NCBI RefSeq assembly: GCF_009914755.1 | Contig: NC_060944.1 | Strand: one strand, 5' to 3' | Length of the DNA stretch: 64,000 bases | From: the human T2T-CHM13v2.0 reference genome, Homo sapiens | Part shown: piece by piece, positions 23,142 through 46,794 of the stretch | Position numbering within the stretch: the stretch's first letter is position 1 | Layout of the letters: every line of letters starts with the position of its first letter | Made by a program: the position numbers and the translations under genes | Notes under the pieces: model-generated | Seen by the model: the letters and a program-made list of their open reading frames with translations, nothing else | Databases searched by the model: none | What the model was told of the DNA's origin: nothing

Positions 23142-24247
23142 TGATGGCAGTGGCTGCTGCCATCACGCTGTGTGGCTGGGGCTGCACACGCCATGGAGCT
23201 GGCGGAAGCCCCGCCCCTTCCGGGTTGGGACCAGAGCCGCAGACCCAGGCCTCCTGCTCTATGGAGCAAGCAGGATCCCCGCCCTCCTGGGCAGGGCTAC
23301 AGCCGCCCAAACTGCAGCTGTGGATCTCAGCCTCCCTGTGCTCTTGGGGGAACTGGGAACAGGCAGGATTTGCCTTCCCAGGTACAGCTGCAGCCGCTGC
23401 GCCTGTGGCTGCAGACCTGGGCCTCTGGCTCCGGGAAGCGAGCAGGAGCCGGGGACAAGCGGGAGCCGGGCCCCTTCCCAGCTGGCGGGCTGGGAGCTCC
23501 CAGGTGCAGCTGCAGCCGCCCTCCCAGGCGTAGGACTGGGGCATCTCTGCAGCCTGCACCCTTGGGCGCCCCAGGAAGGGCCCCTCCAAGCCCCGGGGCC
23601 ATGAATGGAGCGGGACGCAGGCAGAGTCCTGGGCAGAAGGGGGCAGGGTTCCCAGTAAGGCCCCACCCTCAGGCCAGGGAGGCCCTGAAGGCTACGGGCT
23701 GGATTGCCAGTCGCCCAGACCAGTCAGGACTTGTGGCACCTCTTCCCGGCCTGCCCATGGCCGCCCATGGGCCAATCAGCATGCACTTCCTCCCTTCTGA
23801 GGTCCATAAAAGCCTTGGGCTCAGCCAGCGCAGGGTAGAGGATGGCCAGAGGACAAAGAAGGTAGAGACACTGGACAACCAGCTGCAGAGAGGAATACAC
23901 TCTCCACTGAGCGCTTCAGGGACAACCTGCTGGCAGAGAAGGGCTACTCTCTCTGCTGAGAGCTTCAGAGACCTGCAGAGAAGTCGGAATGACTCGCCTG
24001 TGGAAAGGAACCACCTTCTCCAGGGCCTCCTGTCGGCAAAGAGCTGAACACTCGACTGGACGACCTGCCTACAGAGAGGAGCTACCCATTCCTCTGAGCT
24101 GTTCTAACACTAAATAAAACTCTTCTTCACCCTTCACTTGTCTGTGTACCTCACTCTTCCTGGATGCAGGACAGGAACTCAGGCAAAGGTGCTGTGGCCA
24201 CAGAAGTTTCTGGCTAGACAAATCAACACCCCAGAGATCCCATAACA
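23142..24247 (+). mobile_element. MER52-family solo LTR (ERV1)
   Basis: TGATGGCAG...GATCCCATAACA termini (TG...CA); 4-bp target-site duplication (TSD) CAAG at 23138-23141 and 24248-24251; GC-rich body; CCAAT 23772, CATAAAA 23805, AATAAA 24113. Confidence 0.88.
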
Positions 24248-24539
24248 CAAGGGATATAATTTTTTCCTTATTCCCACTTTTCTGTTTTAAAAAAATGTCC
24301 TCTCCCAACAGAATCACCCATTTTTTACTCTGGTTTGGGACTGGGACTGGGAGTGCTTATATTTGTAAAGTCATTAGCATTCCCTTTAGTTTCCTATCTC
24401 CTTGAATGGATTTTAGAGGTTAAATTCCTTCCTTTTTGAGTTAGCAAACACCAGCAATCCACATGTCGTTGGAAGGAGTAGCACAGATAAAGTGCTGGGG
24501 TTCACTGTGGAGTGATTCATTCATTTCATTCAGTAAGAA

Positions 24540-27090
<2,551 letters not shown>

Positions 27091-27153
27091 AACTGGTAAG
27101 CTGTTTTGAGATGGGCCAAGATAAGCCGATGGACACCTTCATGTGGTACTTAC

Positions 27154-27240
27154 TTTGGAAGCTGCCCAGTCAATCCAGCCTTTAGCGCAAGGGTCAACAT
27201 TAATGAGCACAAGGCCTTCCACAAGCTCTGGATGGTTGAG
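27154..27240 (-). CDS. NDRG3: NDRG3 exon 8: [29 protein letters not shown]
   Basis: catctttcag|CTCAAC...TCCAAA|gtaagt, 87 nt. Confidence 0.97.
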
Positions 27241-27867
27241 CTGAAAGATGAGGCAAAGACAATAGTATGAAAGCTACACTCCCACAGTTCTTCTAAACAG
27301 TTGGAACATGGTTGATCAATTCTTACTTACATGCCTTAATGCCTCACATTTGAAAGTAAGACTACAAAGAGGGAGAACATGTGGAAAAATAGCTCTTGAA
27401 ATCTGACTTAGCATATGGAAACCAGTTTCTGGTTTTGCTATCAAATTACTTATTTTACTATCAAATTATCTTGTCTTGCAAAGATCTATATGCAGTTGTT
27501 CAATTCATGGTGGATCTTCCTCATTGGGAAAGTGCGCTTGGCACAAGCAGCTGCTCCATGCTCATATATCTTTGTTCTCAACAGAGGCTTCTGAAGTTTT
27601 TTTTTCTGAAACCATCTGAACAGTCTGTATCATCCTCAGAAGACTCTCCTATCACTGAGGACGTATTAAAAAAAAATAATGATAATAATGTCTGGCCGGG
27701 CACGGTGGCTCACGCCTGTAATCTCCGCACTTTGGGAGGCTGAGGAGGGTGGATCACGAGGTCAGGAGTTAGAGACCAGCCTGACCAACATGGCGAAACC
27801 CCATGTCTACTAAAAATGCAAAAATTAGCTGGGTGTGGTAGTGGGCGCCTGTAATCCCAGCTACTCA

Positions 27868-27966
<99 letters not shown>

Positions 27967-28855
27967 TCATCTCAAAAAAAAAAAAAAAAAAAATTTATAA
28001 TAGGAGCTCTAGCTCTCTAGCTTATTTAATTTAATTTAATTTAATTTTCTTTTTGAGACAGAGTTTCGCTCTTGTTGCCCAGGCTGGTGCAGTGATGCTA
28101 TCTCGGCTCACTACAATCTCGGCCTCTAGGATTCATGCAATTCTCCTGCCTCAGCCTCCTGAGTAGCTGGGATTACAGGCACCTACCACCACGCCCAGCT
28201 AATTTTTGTATTTTTAGTGGAGACGGGGTTTCACCATGTTGGCCAGGCTGGTCTCGAACTCCTGACCTCAGGTGATCCACCCGTGTCGGCCTCCCAAAGT
28301 GCTAGGATCACAGGCGTGAGCCACCGTGCCTGGTCCCTGGCTTACTTTTTTTCTCTGACTACAGTGATTATATTCACGATAGAAAATTTGATAAGCAGAG
28401 AAATTATAAAAAGCAGAAAATAAAAATTTCACATTATCTTACCACATATCAATCCATTAATATTTTTTGGTACATTTTCTTCCAGTCCTTTCCTATGGCT
28501 ATGACAAACTTTATGTCAATCTATATTCTAACTTTTTGGTTAACATTATAATGTATGCAAACCATGTATCATTATAAAGCTTTTCGTAAACTTAATTTTA
28601 ATGGCCGCACAAAATTCCATTATAAGCAGCATCTAGGACTTGCTTTTTATTGATGATGTACTGTCCCCATTTGTGATTTTTCAGGTATTGTTAAGTACAA
28701 AGCTAGGCTTTATACAACCTGTATCTAAAGCTGACAGAAGTTACAGAAAAACTGACATAAGGCCCAGAATACTGCCTGGTCATTTAACACAGCAGTAATA
28801 GCTGTGACCCAGGCACTGCCTCAAGGATGTTGAGGCTAATCCTCTACATACTTAC

Positions 28856-28916
28856 TGCAAATCTGCTGAGGATGTAAGCTCCAGCTCCAACTCCAATTCC
28901 AATGATGCTTTTCAGG
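28856..28916 (-). CDS. NDRG3: NDRG3 exon 7: (S)LKSIIGIGVGAGAYILSRFA
   Basis: cccattcacag|CCTGAAA...TTTGCA|gtaagt, 61 nt; contains the degenerate nucleophile elbow GVGAG. Confidence 0.97.
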
Positions 28917-29361
28917 CTGTGAATGGGACATAACGACAACTGACAGAGTCAACTTCATTTGCAGGCAGCATTGCATAATTGAAAGCATACAACCTGGGTT
29001 GAAATCCTGGCTCTGATATTTATTAGATGTGAGAATTTGGGCAAGTGTTTTTTTTCTTTCCCCTAACTTTCTGAGCCTCAGTTCCTTATTTATAAAACAA
29101 GGATCTCAGCTGGGCGCAGTGGCTTACGCCTGTAATCTTAGCACTTTGGGAGGCCGAGGCAGGCGGATCACGAGGTCGGCGGATCACGAGGTCAGCAGAT
29201 CAAGACCATCCTGGCCAACATGGTGAAACCCCGTCTCTACTAAAATACAAAAAATTAGCCGGGCATGGTGGCGTGCGCCTGTTAAAAAAAAAAACAAAGG
29301 CTGGGCACGGTGGCTCACGCCTGTAATCCCAGCACTTTGGGAGGCCGAGGCGAGCGGATCA

Positions 29362-29643
<282 letters not shown>

Positions 29644-29653
29644 TTAATGGTTA

Positions 29654-30157
<504 letters not shown>

Positions 30158-30750
30158 CTACTACTATCTACTTCAATCATCCCCCAACAGCAGCATCCAG
30201 TACCATGCTATCATTATCTCTTGCCTGGACTATTGTTAATAGTTTAACTGTTCTCCCTGCTTTCTCTCTCTGATTCTTCTCCAAACCATTCTCTTCTCAG
30301 TGAGATGAACGTTTTTAAAAAAATTTAAACAGCTTTATTTTTATTTTTTAGATACAGGGTGTCTCACTGTTACTCAGGCTGGAGTGCAGGGGTGGGATCA
30401 CAACTCACTGTAGCCTTGAACTGCTGTTGTTAAGTGATCTTCCTGCCACTTGGCCCAGCTCAAGGTAGATTTTTAAATCTTCTAGGTCTCAGCGTGTGTG
30501 CCACCTTCCTAGAGAGGAATTCCCTAACTTGCCTTACTAATGTAGATCCCACCCTTATTCTCTATCACAACACCCCCACTGACTTATTTTATAGAACTTT
30601 ATTATTTGTTTGCTTACTTGTTACCCCACTAAGCTCTAGGAGGACAGTGATAATATTTTTCCTAACCATCATATCCTCTGAAACAGACACTAAATAATTC
30701 ACCATAGAAAGTCAATAAAAACTGCATGAAAGACTGCAGAATGAACCTAC

Positions 30751-30813
30751 CTTAGGTGGGTAAGAACAGGAGGCAGCATTTCAGCCAGCTCATCCATTGT
30801 GGGGTACTGATAC
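30751..30813 (-). CDS. NDRG3: NDRG3 exon 6: (G)YQYPTMDELAEMLPPVLTHL(S)
   Basis: ggattgcag|GTATCAG...CTAAG|gtaggt, 63 nt. Confidence 0.97.
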
Positions 30814-30898
30814 CTGCAATCCAGAAGGATATCTCCTGAATTAGAAAGCACTCACAATTCCCAGTTGCTAGAACAGCTGGAAAGGTCCAGAAGTCTTA

Positions 30899-31204
<306 letters not shown>

Positions 31205-31628
31205 TTAGATAAAAGCATTTCCTTTTACCAAAGGCTCAAAGGAGGTGATGTGGTACCCTGAAAATGATTGTGGCATATTGTGTAACTCTCTACAACTGCC
31301 ATGCTAAGGAGAAAGTAAAATAATCCACGGTTTCTATATCCTAACAAGCAGCCCTTGGGACCAGAGGGTGCCACATGAAAAGAACTAGTAACATGGTTCT
31401 CTCTTAGGGTATTTCCAAACCTCTAACAATCTCTTCAGTTGGAGTCCAGGCTCAGTAAACCTCCGGCAGTAAGAGTCAACTCAGAAAGGGGGTCTTGGTC
31501 TACTGCTATATTTAGGCAACTAAATGCAAAAATAAAGCTTTTCTAGGTATGGGCACACAGTTACAAACCCTTAGCATGAATGCTTATTTGTTTCACTTAG
31601 GCATAGAATAACATAGTTATTTTTAAAA

Positions 31629-31662
<34 letters not shown>

Positions 31663-32109
31663 TTTTTAAGAGACATGGTCTCACTCTGTCACCCAGGCTG
31701 GAGTGCAGTAGTGAAATCATAGCTCACTGTAACCTTGAACTCCTGGGCTCAAGCTATCCTCCTGCCTCAGGCTTCTGAGTAGCTGGGACTACAGGCGCAT
31801 GCCACCATGCCTGGCTAATTTTTCAATTTTTTGTAGAGATGGAGTCTCGCTATGTTGCCAGGGCTGGTCTTGAATTCCTGGCCTCAGGTGATCCTCCTAC
31901 CTCAGCCTAACAAAGTGCTAGAACTACAGGTGTGAGCCACTGTGTCTGGCATGGTTATTTTATTGTATTTGAATTTGGTTCATAATATGAACCATCTGAT
32001 CCTAAGATGTTCGAGCAGGCCCAGGAACAGACCCAGATCAGAATTCCTAGAAAAGTAGTAAGCATCCGACTGGGAGCGTTGGCTCACGCCTGTAATCCCA
32101 ACACTTTCA

Positions 32110-32343
<234 letters not shown>

Positions 32344-33828
32344 CTATCTCAAGAAAGAAAGAAAAAGTATTACAGAATTGGAGATGGAATTGATCCTAAG
32401 ATGACCACTTATATATGAGGCAGGATCTGTTCTACATCTGACAGGGAAGTCAGCCTGCCTCTGCCTGAACACTTAAGGGGATGGTGTGCTGTGGAACCAT
32501 TTGTCCACAAAATAGAAAAAAGGAACTGGATACAAATCTTGTTGGATATAAACTGACCACTGGCCAATTTGCATTTTAGAGTCAGATTCTGGCACCAGAC
32601 TGTCTGGGTTCAAATCTTAGCTCTGCCACTTATTTGTTATGTAATGTTAGCCATGTTACTTAATTTTTCTGGGCCTCAGTTTCCTCACTTATAAAATGGG
32701 AATAATAGTAAACTTATCCCATAGGGTTGTGAGGAGTAAATGAGTTAACAAATGTAAAGCATTTAAAGCAGGGTCTGGAACACGGTTTGAGTACTATTTA
32801 AATATTAGCTATTATTTGTCTGCAATTGTCTATTTCCCAGCAGTCACTGGCCAAAGGCAGCTCTGGAGATGAGTGAAAGGATAGGGGAAGAATTAGCATT
32901 CCACAGAGTGTGTGCTCACTCCTCCTAAGGTCTTCTCAATAAGCACCCGTCCAGGGAACAAACAGGTAGGGAGCCTATAACTCTGCCCTGCGAAGCAGAT
33001 GTAGGAGGAAGCTGAGAGTGCCAAAGCCAATCAATCACCCCACACCTCTATCTGCCAGGACAGCCTCTCAGAATAAACAGTTACACAGATAGTCAAATTT
33101 CCATTACTAGTTTGAGAGCTAAGGATGGGGAGATGCTCCCAGGAAAGCTCAGAGAGATCTGAATTTGGGCCTAAGTAGTTGGGAGTTTTGAGGAAGGACA
33201 CAAAAATGACAGGTTTTTTTGTTTGTTTGTTTTCTTTCTGGGGACAGGGTCTTGCTCAGTCATCCAGGCACTGCAGCCTCAATCCCCTGGGCTCAAGTGA
33301 TCCTCCCACAACAGCCTCCCAAGCAGACACGACCACAGGTGAACACCACCATGCCTGGCTGGCTAATTTTTCAATTTTTTGTAGAGACAAGGTATTCCTA
33401 TGTTATCCAGGCTGGTCTTGAACCCCGGGGCTCAAGCAATCCTACTGCCTTTGCCTCCCAAAGTGCTAGGATTATAGGTGTGAGTCACCACGTCTCGCTA
33501 AAAAATGACAGCTTTCAAACAGATAAGGAAGGGAAAGATAAAGACAGTGAGGAGTAGATGTTCCAGACATGCCTTGAGATTACAGGAAAGCAGGCACCTG
33601 CTATGGAGAGCCATTCCTGGATATGGGAAAACACACAGTTTCCCCCAAAAAACTGTACATAACAGTCCTCTCAGCCCAAGGAGAGAAAATATGAGGATGG
33701 TTGGTCAATAAGCATAACCTATAGACGGTAATAAAATCAAAGGGAAGCACACACCACTTCTCCCACTGGAGCTCAGCCAGTTGCTCTACTGAGTGCACGT
33801 CTCCCAGATGATCTTTTCGTGGCCTTAC

Positions 33829-33949
33829 CCTGTTGGGAAAGAGGGTGCACCTTCCTGCTGGCCTGGGGCATCCACATGACAGACAGCAAAGTGCTGGGTG
33901 ATCTCTTGCATATCCTCAAAGTTAAAGAATGCATTGAAACAGGATTTAT
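33829..33949 (-). CDS. NDRG3: NDRG3 exon 5: (H)[39 protein letters not shown](G)
   Basis: ttcttatag|ATAAATCC...ACAGG|gtaagg, 121 nt. Confidence 0.97.
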
Positions 33950-35015
33950 CTATAAGAATAAAAATACCCATAAGTCACAGGCTCTCCATATCGCCCCAAT
34001 TTTCCTCTACTCAGTCAATGCCTATTATCACCTTCTTTCCCTGCTTTTTAACCACCATTCCACCAAAGTGAGGTGTCTGAACAATCTGTCTGATTCAAGC
34101 TGCCCTAAAGGCTGAATATAAGACATCTCATATTGAGATACATATTGAAAACAATTCTTAATTCTAAATAATGTCTGCAAAGTAGAAATTACTTTGTTAA
34201 TATTTGGTGGTTTCCGATTATTGCACAAAATAATCTTACACCCATAATGCTGTCATTTCTCATGGACATTATTCCTCTATCTCACAAACAGACACTGATT
34301 ATACCCCAAGAGCACAGGTGGCGTGAATGTCCTGAGCTGTTCACATTCACCACACGGGAGTTTGTCTCTTGGCAAAATTGCCAGAGTGAAGGGAGGGGCT
34401 GCTGCTTCCACTTCTACCCTCTTTGTATACCTGCTTAAATCACTTCTCATGCCAAGGCAGCTACAAAAGCTTTAACACTCAACTGTGGCCTCAAATGCAG
34501 GGCATCTATGAAAGCCAGAGCAGCATGAAAGAAAACACATGTATGCAGACTCTGTGTGTCTATGGCTGGGGCCAGAATCTTACACTACCATCTAGAAAAG
34601 TCCACTTAAAGTCACTGGTGACAGGCTCTAGCAAGAATTCTTACTAATTCATTGAAGAGCTCACAACAAAGTTAAGTTCCAACTCTGAATTTTCTAACCT
34701 GAAACATATTAAAAAAAAAAAAACAGAGTACAGGCTTGAAAACATGGATTTCAGTTCTACTTTCTTAGCAGTGCATTGTATAATCTGCAATCCTTTAGCA
34801 GACATGAAGGTGAGATGTGATTCCAGTATCCCCAGAATACATTCCCCTGCACACTTCCCAGGAACTTTATACCATTAACGAATGTAGGAACAAGGAGGGA
34901 AAGTTACCACAGAGAGGGGGAAACCTCTGCTCTATTAGAATATTGTTGTTGTTTGGTTTTTAACATACAAAGATCAAGTATGATAAGAAGGGAAGGTGTA
35001 AAATAAAATACATAC

Positions 35016-35121
35016 GGTTGAGGCCAATGTCATGATATGTTAGTATAACTGGTCTGTTTCCTTTGGGTAAGCCTCTTATAGTGACGTGGACCACACCATG
35101 AGTTGTTTCTATATCATGTTC
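35016..35121 (-). CDS. NDRG3: NDRG3 exon 4: [35 protein letters not shown](H)
   Basis: ctcttgttacag|GAACAT...AACC|gtatgt, 106 nt; also visible in ORF 34960..35214. Confidence 0.98.
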
Positions 35122-35424
35122 CTGTAACAAGAGAATGTAAGTTCTCAGAAAAAGCAGAATGAACTTCCCAGGTTGCCAAAGTTTCACAATACCTGCTTTA
35201 CCACCGTTTCCCACGAGCTGGGGCAGGACACATTAATAAATTACATGTGGCTGGGCGTGGTGGTTCACGCCTGTAATCCCAGCACTTTGGGAGGCCTAGG
35301 TGGTCGGATCACTTGAGGTCAGGACTTTGAGGATCAGCCTGGCCAACATGATGAAACCCTGTCTTTACTAAAAATAAAAAATCAGCCAGGCATGGTGGCA
35401 CACGCACATAATCCCAGCTACTCA

Positions 35425-35571
<147 letters not shown>

Positions 35572-35853
35572 CTAGAGTATACATAATATTCCTACTTTCC
35601 AATTCTTCCAGAAAAATAAATAGGGAGCAAAACACACCTTGTTATCTCCAAAGCTCACTTACGAGCCCAGGGATCTGTTGAGAATACATTTGCAATTGGC
35701 TATGGAAAGGAAATCAGCAAATTGGGTAAGGAGCCAGGTAAGACTTGTGGGGAAAAAAGGAAATGGAAGATATGAAGAAGTTGCTGGGTAAAAAATCAGA
35801 GGTTTTGGAGCTTCTGAACACATGTTCAGATAATTTATAATTAATTTCAGTAG

Positions 35854-36565
<712 letters not shown>

Positions 36566-36588
36566 CCAATCAGTTAAAGATGTAGCCA

Positions 36589-37190
36589 GAGCAAAGCTCA
36601 GGAACCAAATAGAGCAGACAAAAGATGCACCGAGCAAAGCTCAGGAACCAAATAGAGCAGACAAAAGATGCACCGAGCAAAGCTCAGGAACCCAATAGAG
36701 CAGACAAAAGATGCACCGAGCAAAGCTCAGGAACCGAATAGAGCAGACAAAAGATGCACCGAGCAAAGCTGAGGAACCCAATAGAGCAGACAAAAGATGC
36801 ACCGAGCAAAGCTCAGGAACCCAATAGAGCAGACAAAAGATGCACCGAGCAAAGCTCAGGAACCCAATAGAGCAGACAAAAGATGCACCGAGCAAAGCTC
36901 AGGAACCCAATAGAGCAGACAAAAGATGCACCGAGCAAAGCTCAGGAACCCAATAGAGCAGACAAAAGATGCACCGAGCAAAGCTCAGGAACCGAATAGA
37001 GCAGACAAAAGATGCACCGAGCAAAGCTCAGGAACCGAATAGAGCAGACAAAAGATGCACCGAGCAAAGCTCAGGAACCGAATAGAGCAGACAAAAGATG
37101 CACCGAGCAAAGCTCAGGAACCGAATAGAGCAGACAAAAGATGCACCGAGCAAAGCTCAGGAACTGAATAAAGCAGACAAAAGATGCACC
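36589..37190. repeat. 43-bp minisatellite (VNTR), 14 copies
   Basis: Unit GAGCAAAGCTCAGGAACCNAATAGAGCAGACAAAAGATGCACC; 602 bp = 14 x 43; copies are near-identical. Confidence 0.97.
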
Positions 37191-37724
37191 GAGCTGCTGA
37201 GAGTAGATGCCGCACTAAGAGTGGTTGGGTGGAAAAAAAAGGGACTACTGAAAAGTTAACTGAGATTTATTCTAGTCGTGCTCAAGTTTTATATTTCTCA
37301 AAAATAAAAAAATTACCATTCCTATCCTAGCGAATTTCTGTTGATGAAGCCTGTATCTATCTTACAAAGTCTTACATTAGGTAAGACAAGATTAACTCTG
37401 TCAATGAGAATCCCAAAAAAGGCAAAGGGCTTCCAGTTTAATTTCCTATCTAATAATGAACCTCATAAGAGCTTTGGTTTCTTCTCTGATGTGGGCACCA
37501 GAAGACAATCTTAAGCTAATTGGACATCAGTATATCTCAAATTACAGGCCCTAGGCTGGAGCCGATAGCCATCCCTACCAAATCAAACCATGTGTGACTC
37601 AATATTTCTGTTATTTTCTATTACTACTACCTCCTAGTCAAGTCTATTCAAAGCCTTCAAAAATGAACATAAGAAATGAAGACTAGAATCAGGTACTGTG
37701 AAACTGGCTATGAAATAAAGTATA

Positions 37725-39448
<1,724 letters not shown>

Positions 39449-39780
39449 TATACACATATATATATACACACATATATATATACACACACACATATATATG
39501 TGTATATATATGTATATACGTATATATATGTGTGTATATATATATTCTAAATAAACTATCAAACATGGTCATATACACAAAAGGACATGTGCAGAGATGT
39601 ACGGGTGACCCTCAAACAACACAAGGGTTAGTGGTGCCAACCCACTGTGTAGTCAAAAATCCACATATAACTTTTGATGCCCCCAAAACTTAACTACTAA
39701 TAACCTACTATTGACCAGAAGCCTTACTGATAACATAAATAGCTAACTAACACATATTTTGTATGTTATATTATAAACTG

Positions 39781-40281
39781 CAGGGGTCCCCAACACCTGG
39801 GCCACAGACTGGTACCAGTCTGTGCCCTCTTAGGAACCGAGCCGCACAGGAGGAGGTGAGTGGCAGGTAAGAGCAAAGCTTCTGTCTTAAGAGCCACTCC
39901 CCGTTGCACTGCCTGAGCTCTACCTCCTATCAGATCAGCAGTGACATCAGATTCTCATAGGAGCATGAACCCTATTGTGAACTAAGCATGCAAGGGATCT
40001 AGGTTGTGTGCTCCTTATGAGAATCTAATGCCTGATGATCTATCACTGTCTCCCATCACCCCCACATGGGACCATCTAGTTGCAGGAAAACAAGCTCAGG
40101 GCTCCAACAGATTCTACATTATGGTGAGTTGCACGATTATTTCATTATATATTACAATGTAATAATAGAAAGTGCACAATAAATGTAATGTGCTTGAATC
40201 ATCCCAAAACCATCCCAAATACATGGAAAAATTGTCTTCCACAAAACCGATCACTGGTGCCAGAAAGGTTAAGGACCACTG
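39781..40281 (+). mobile_element. MER1A (hAT-Charlie MITE) nested in Tigger2
   Basis: CAGGGGTCCCCAAC...GGTTAAGGACCACTG termini with the internal AGATTCTCATAGGAGC...GCTCCTTATGAGAATCT palindrome. Confidence 0.88.
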
Positions 40282-40695
40282 ATATACTGTATTCTTACAA
40301 TAAAGTAAGCTAAAGAAAAGAAAATGTTAAGAAAATCGTAAGGCAGAGAAAATATATTTACTATTCATTAAGTGGAAGTGGATCATCATAAAGGTCTTCA
40401 TCCTTGTTATCTTGTTGAGTAGGCTGAGGACGAGGAGGAACAGGAGGGGTTGGTCTTGCCATCTCAAGGGTGGCAAAGAAGGAAGAGGTGGAGGAGGTGA
40501 AAGGGGAGGCAGGGGAGGCAGGCACACTTGATGTAACTTTACAGAAATACATGGTAATTTGTCTGACTTTTTACACTCTCATTTTTCTAAAAATGTTTCT
40601 ATACAGTACCAATCCTTCTTCCACTGTTTACTTTAGTTAAAGTGTGCGTATCACAGAATAGTTCCTGACATAAAAGAAGTGAAAAACAGTCTTGA

Positions 40696-44882
<4,187 letters not shown>

Positions 44883-45254
44883 TCCAATTTATGTATTGAA
44901 AAAAAAGCCATGTATAAGTGAACCTATACAGTTCAAACCTGTGTTGGTCAAGGGTGTAAACATCACAACCTTCTCTATAATGTCAAAAAAACTGGAAACA
45001 GCCCAAATATTCATCAATGGGGAAATTAATAAATGAATTACGATTTATTCATATAATGACATACAGATAAAAATGAACTAGAATTATTAGCATTAATACA
45101 CACAGAAAATCTTCAAAAAAATGTAAAAGAGCAAGATGCAAAAGGATATATATTAAAAATATACCACTTATGCCAATATTTTAAAAAGCAACACTATAGA
45201 TTCTGTTTATTTATATATATGTATACATACATATACGTACACATATATATTTAG

Positions 45255-45413
<159 letters not shown>

Positions 45414-45962
45414 TAGATTTCTTGGAGAGACGGGGTCTCCATATTTGCCCAGGCTGGTCTTGAATTCCTGGCCTCAAGTGATTGTCCCAAATCAGCCACC
45501 CAAAGCGCTACTACAGGCATGAGCCAGCACAGCCAGCCTATAACTAAAGTATAAAAACTTGGAGGAGAAACAAGGTACACTAACTTTAGAACTTTGTTTC
45601 CTTCTGGGAATGGATAAATTATTAAAGAGAACTAAAGGAGGTTTCAATATCTCTCATGTTTTGTTTCTTGAGAGATATAAAGAATAAAGCGGGGGGAGGC
45701 AGCAAGAAAAAGGGAGAGAAGGAGAAAGTGTCTGCCATATGGAGTGACACTACAGGCAAATCCAAGTTAAAGAGAGCGTCCGACAACTTGTCACCTTGAC
45801 AATCTGGTTGCTGGAACCTGTCTTCTGTCAAACTCAAACCTTCAGTAGGGTCCTGCTTAAAGATTCCAGTTTGGCCACTGCTGAGAACTGAGGGAAACAC
45901 CAGTTTATACTCTGGCTCTACGCATAGCAGGACCTTGCCAAGGCCCGGTAACTGATGGTAAC

Positions 45963-46008
45963 TGGTGGTGGTGGTGGTGGTGGTAGGGTGTGTGTGTGTG
46001 TGTGTGTG
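45963..46008. repeat. (TGG)n followed by (TG)n microsatellite
   Basis: Seen directly. Confidence 0.9.
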
Positions 46009-46197
46009 GGTACACACAGGAGGTGGATGGGGATGAGACAGTGAGCTGCCAGGGAAGGTCAGGAGAAGGATGGTAAAAAGGGAGATATAACAGGTGGGGG
46101 TAAAAGACAATACTTTAAAAGTAGATGAGGGAGGCCGGGCACGGTGGCTCACATTTGTAAAATCCCAGCACTTTAGGAGGCTGAGGCAGGCGGATCA

Positions 46198-46470
<273 letters not shown>

Positions 46471-46728
46471 TCATAATCTGGATGATATTCAAAAGTAAAA
46501 TTGGCTCCTTACAAAATTTCAACTTTTTAGGGATATCTCAGCCCCTACCATGCCATAATATGCCCTCAAGTCATGTAACAACAAAAGTATCCAAGAGTCC
46601 TAGGCCCTGATCATTGCCCTATTTGGAGCAGCCCCTAGTTGTCAATGTCTCAAAGTTCTTCATTTTCAAAGTATGTGAATGTAAATATGCTTAGCAGAAT
46701 AAAAAACAAAAAGAAAGGAAGCACTCAC

Positions 46729-46794
46729 CTCCATGGTGATTGGCATGCATATTTTTCGTGACCTTGTGAATGAACAGCTTGAAAAAAACTCCAT
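46729..46794 (-). CDS. Candidate 66-nt in-frame exon in NDRG3 intron 3: MEFFSSCSFTRSRKICMPITME
   Basis: cacattcatcttcag|ATGGAG...ACCATGGAG|gtgagt; phase 0/0, open in the NDRG3 frame, in non-repeat DNA. I have no transcript evidence for it. Confidence 0.4.

Noticed and set aside
36589-37190. Regular repeat array resembling CRISPR, with ORF 36641..36895
   Set aside because: The units are contiguous with no unique spacers, there are no cas genes and the context is a eukaryotic intron. The ORF is simply translated repeat.
45622-46152. 176-aa minus-strand ORF with HTHT/TTTT runs
   Set aside because: It starts in an Alu and is extended by microsatellites. It has no splice or homology support.
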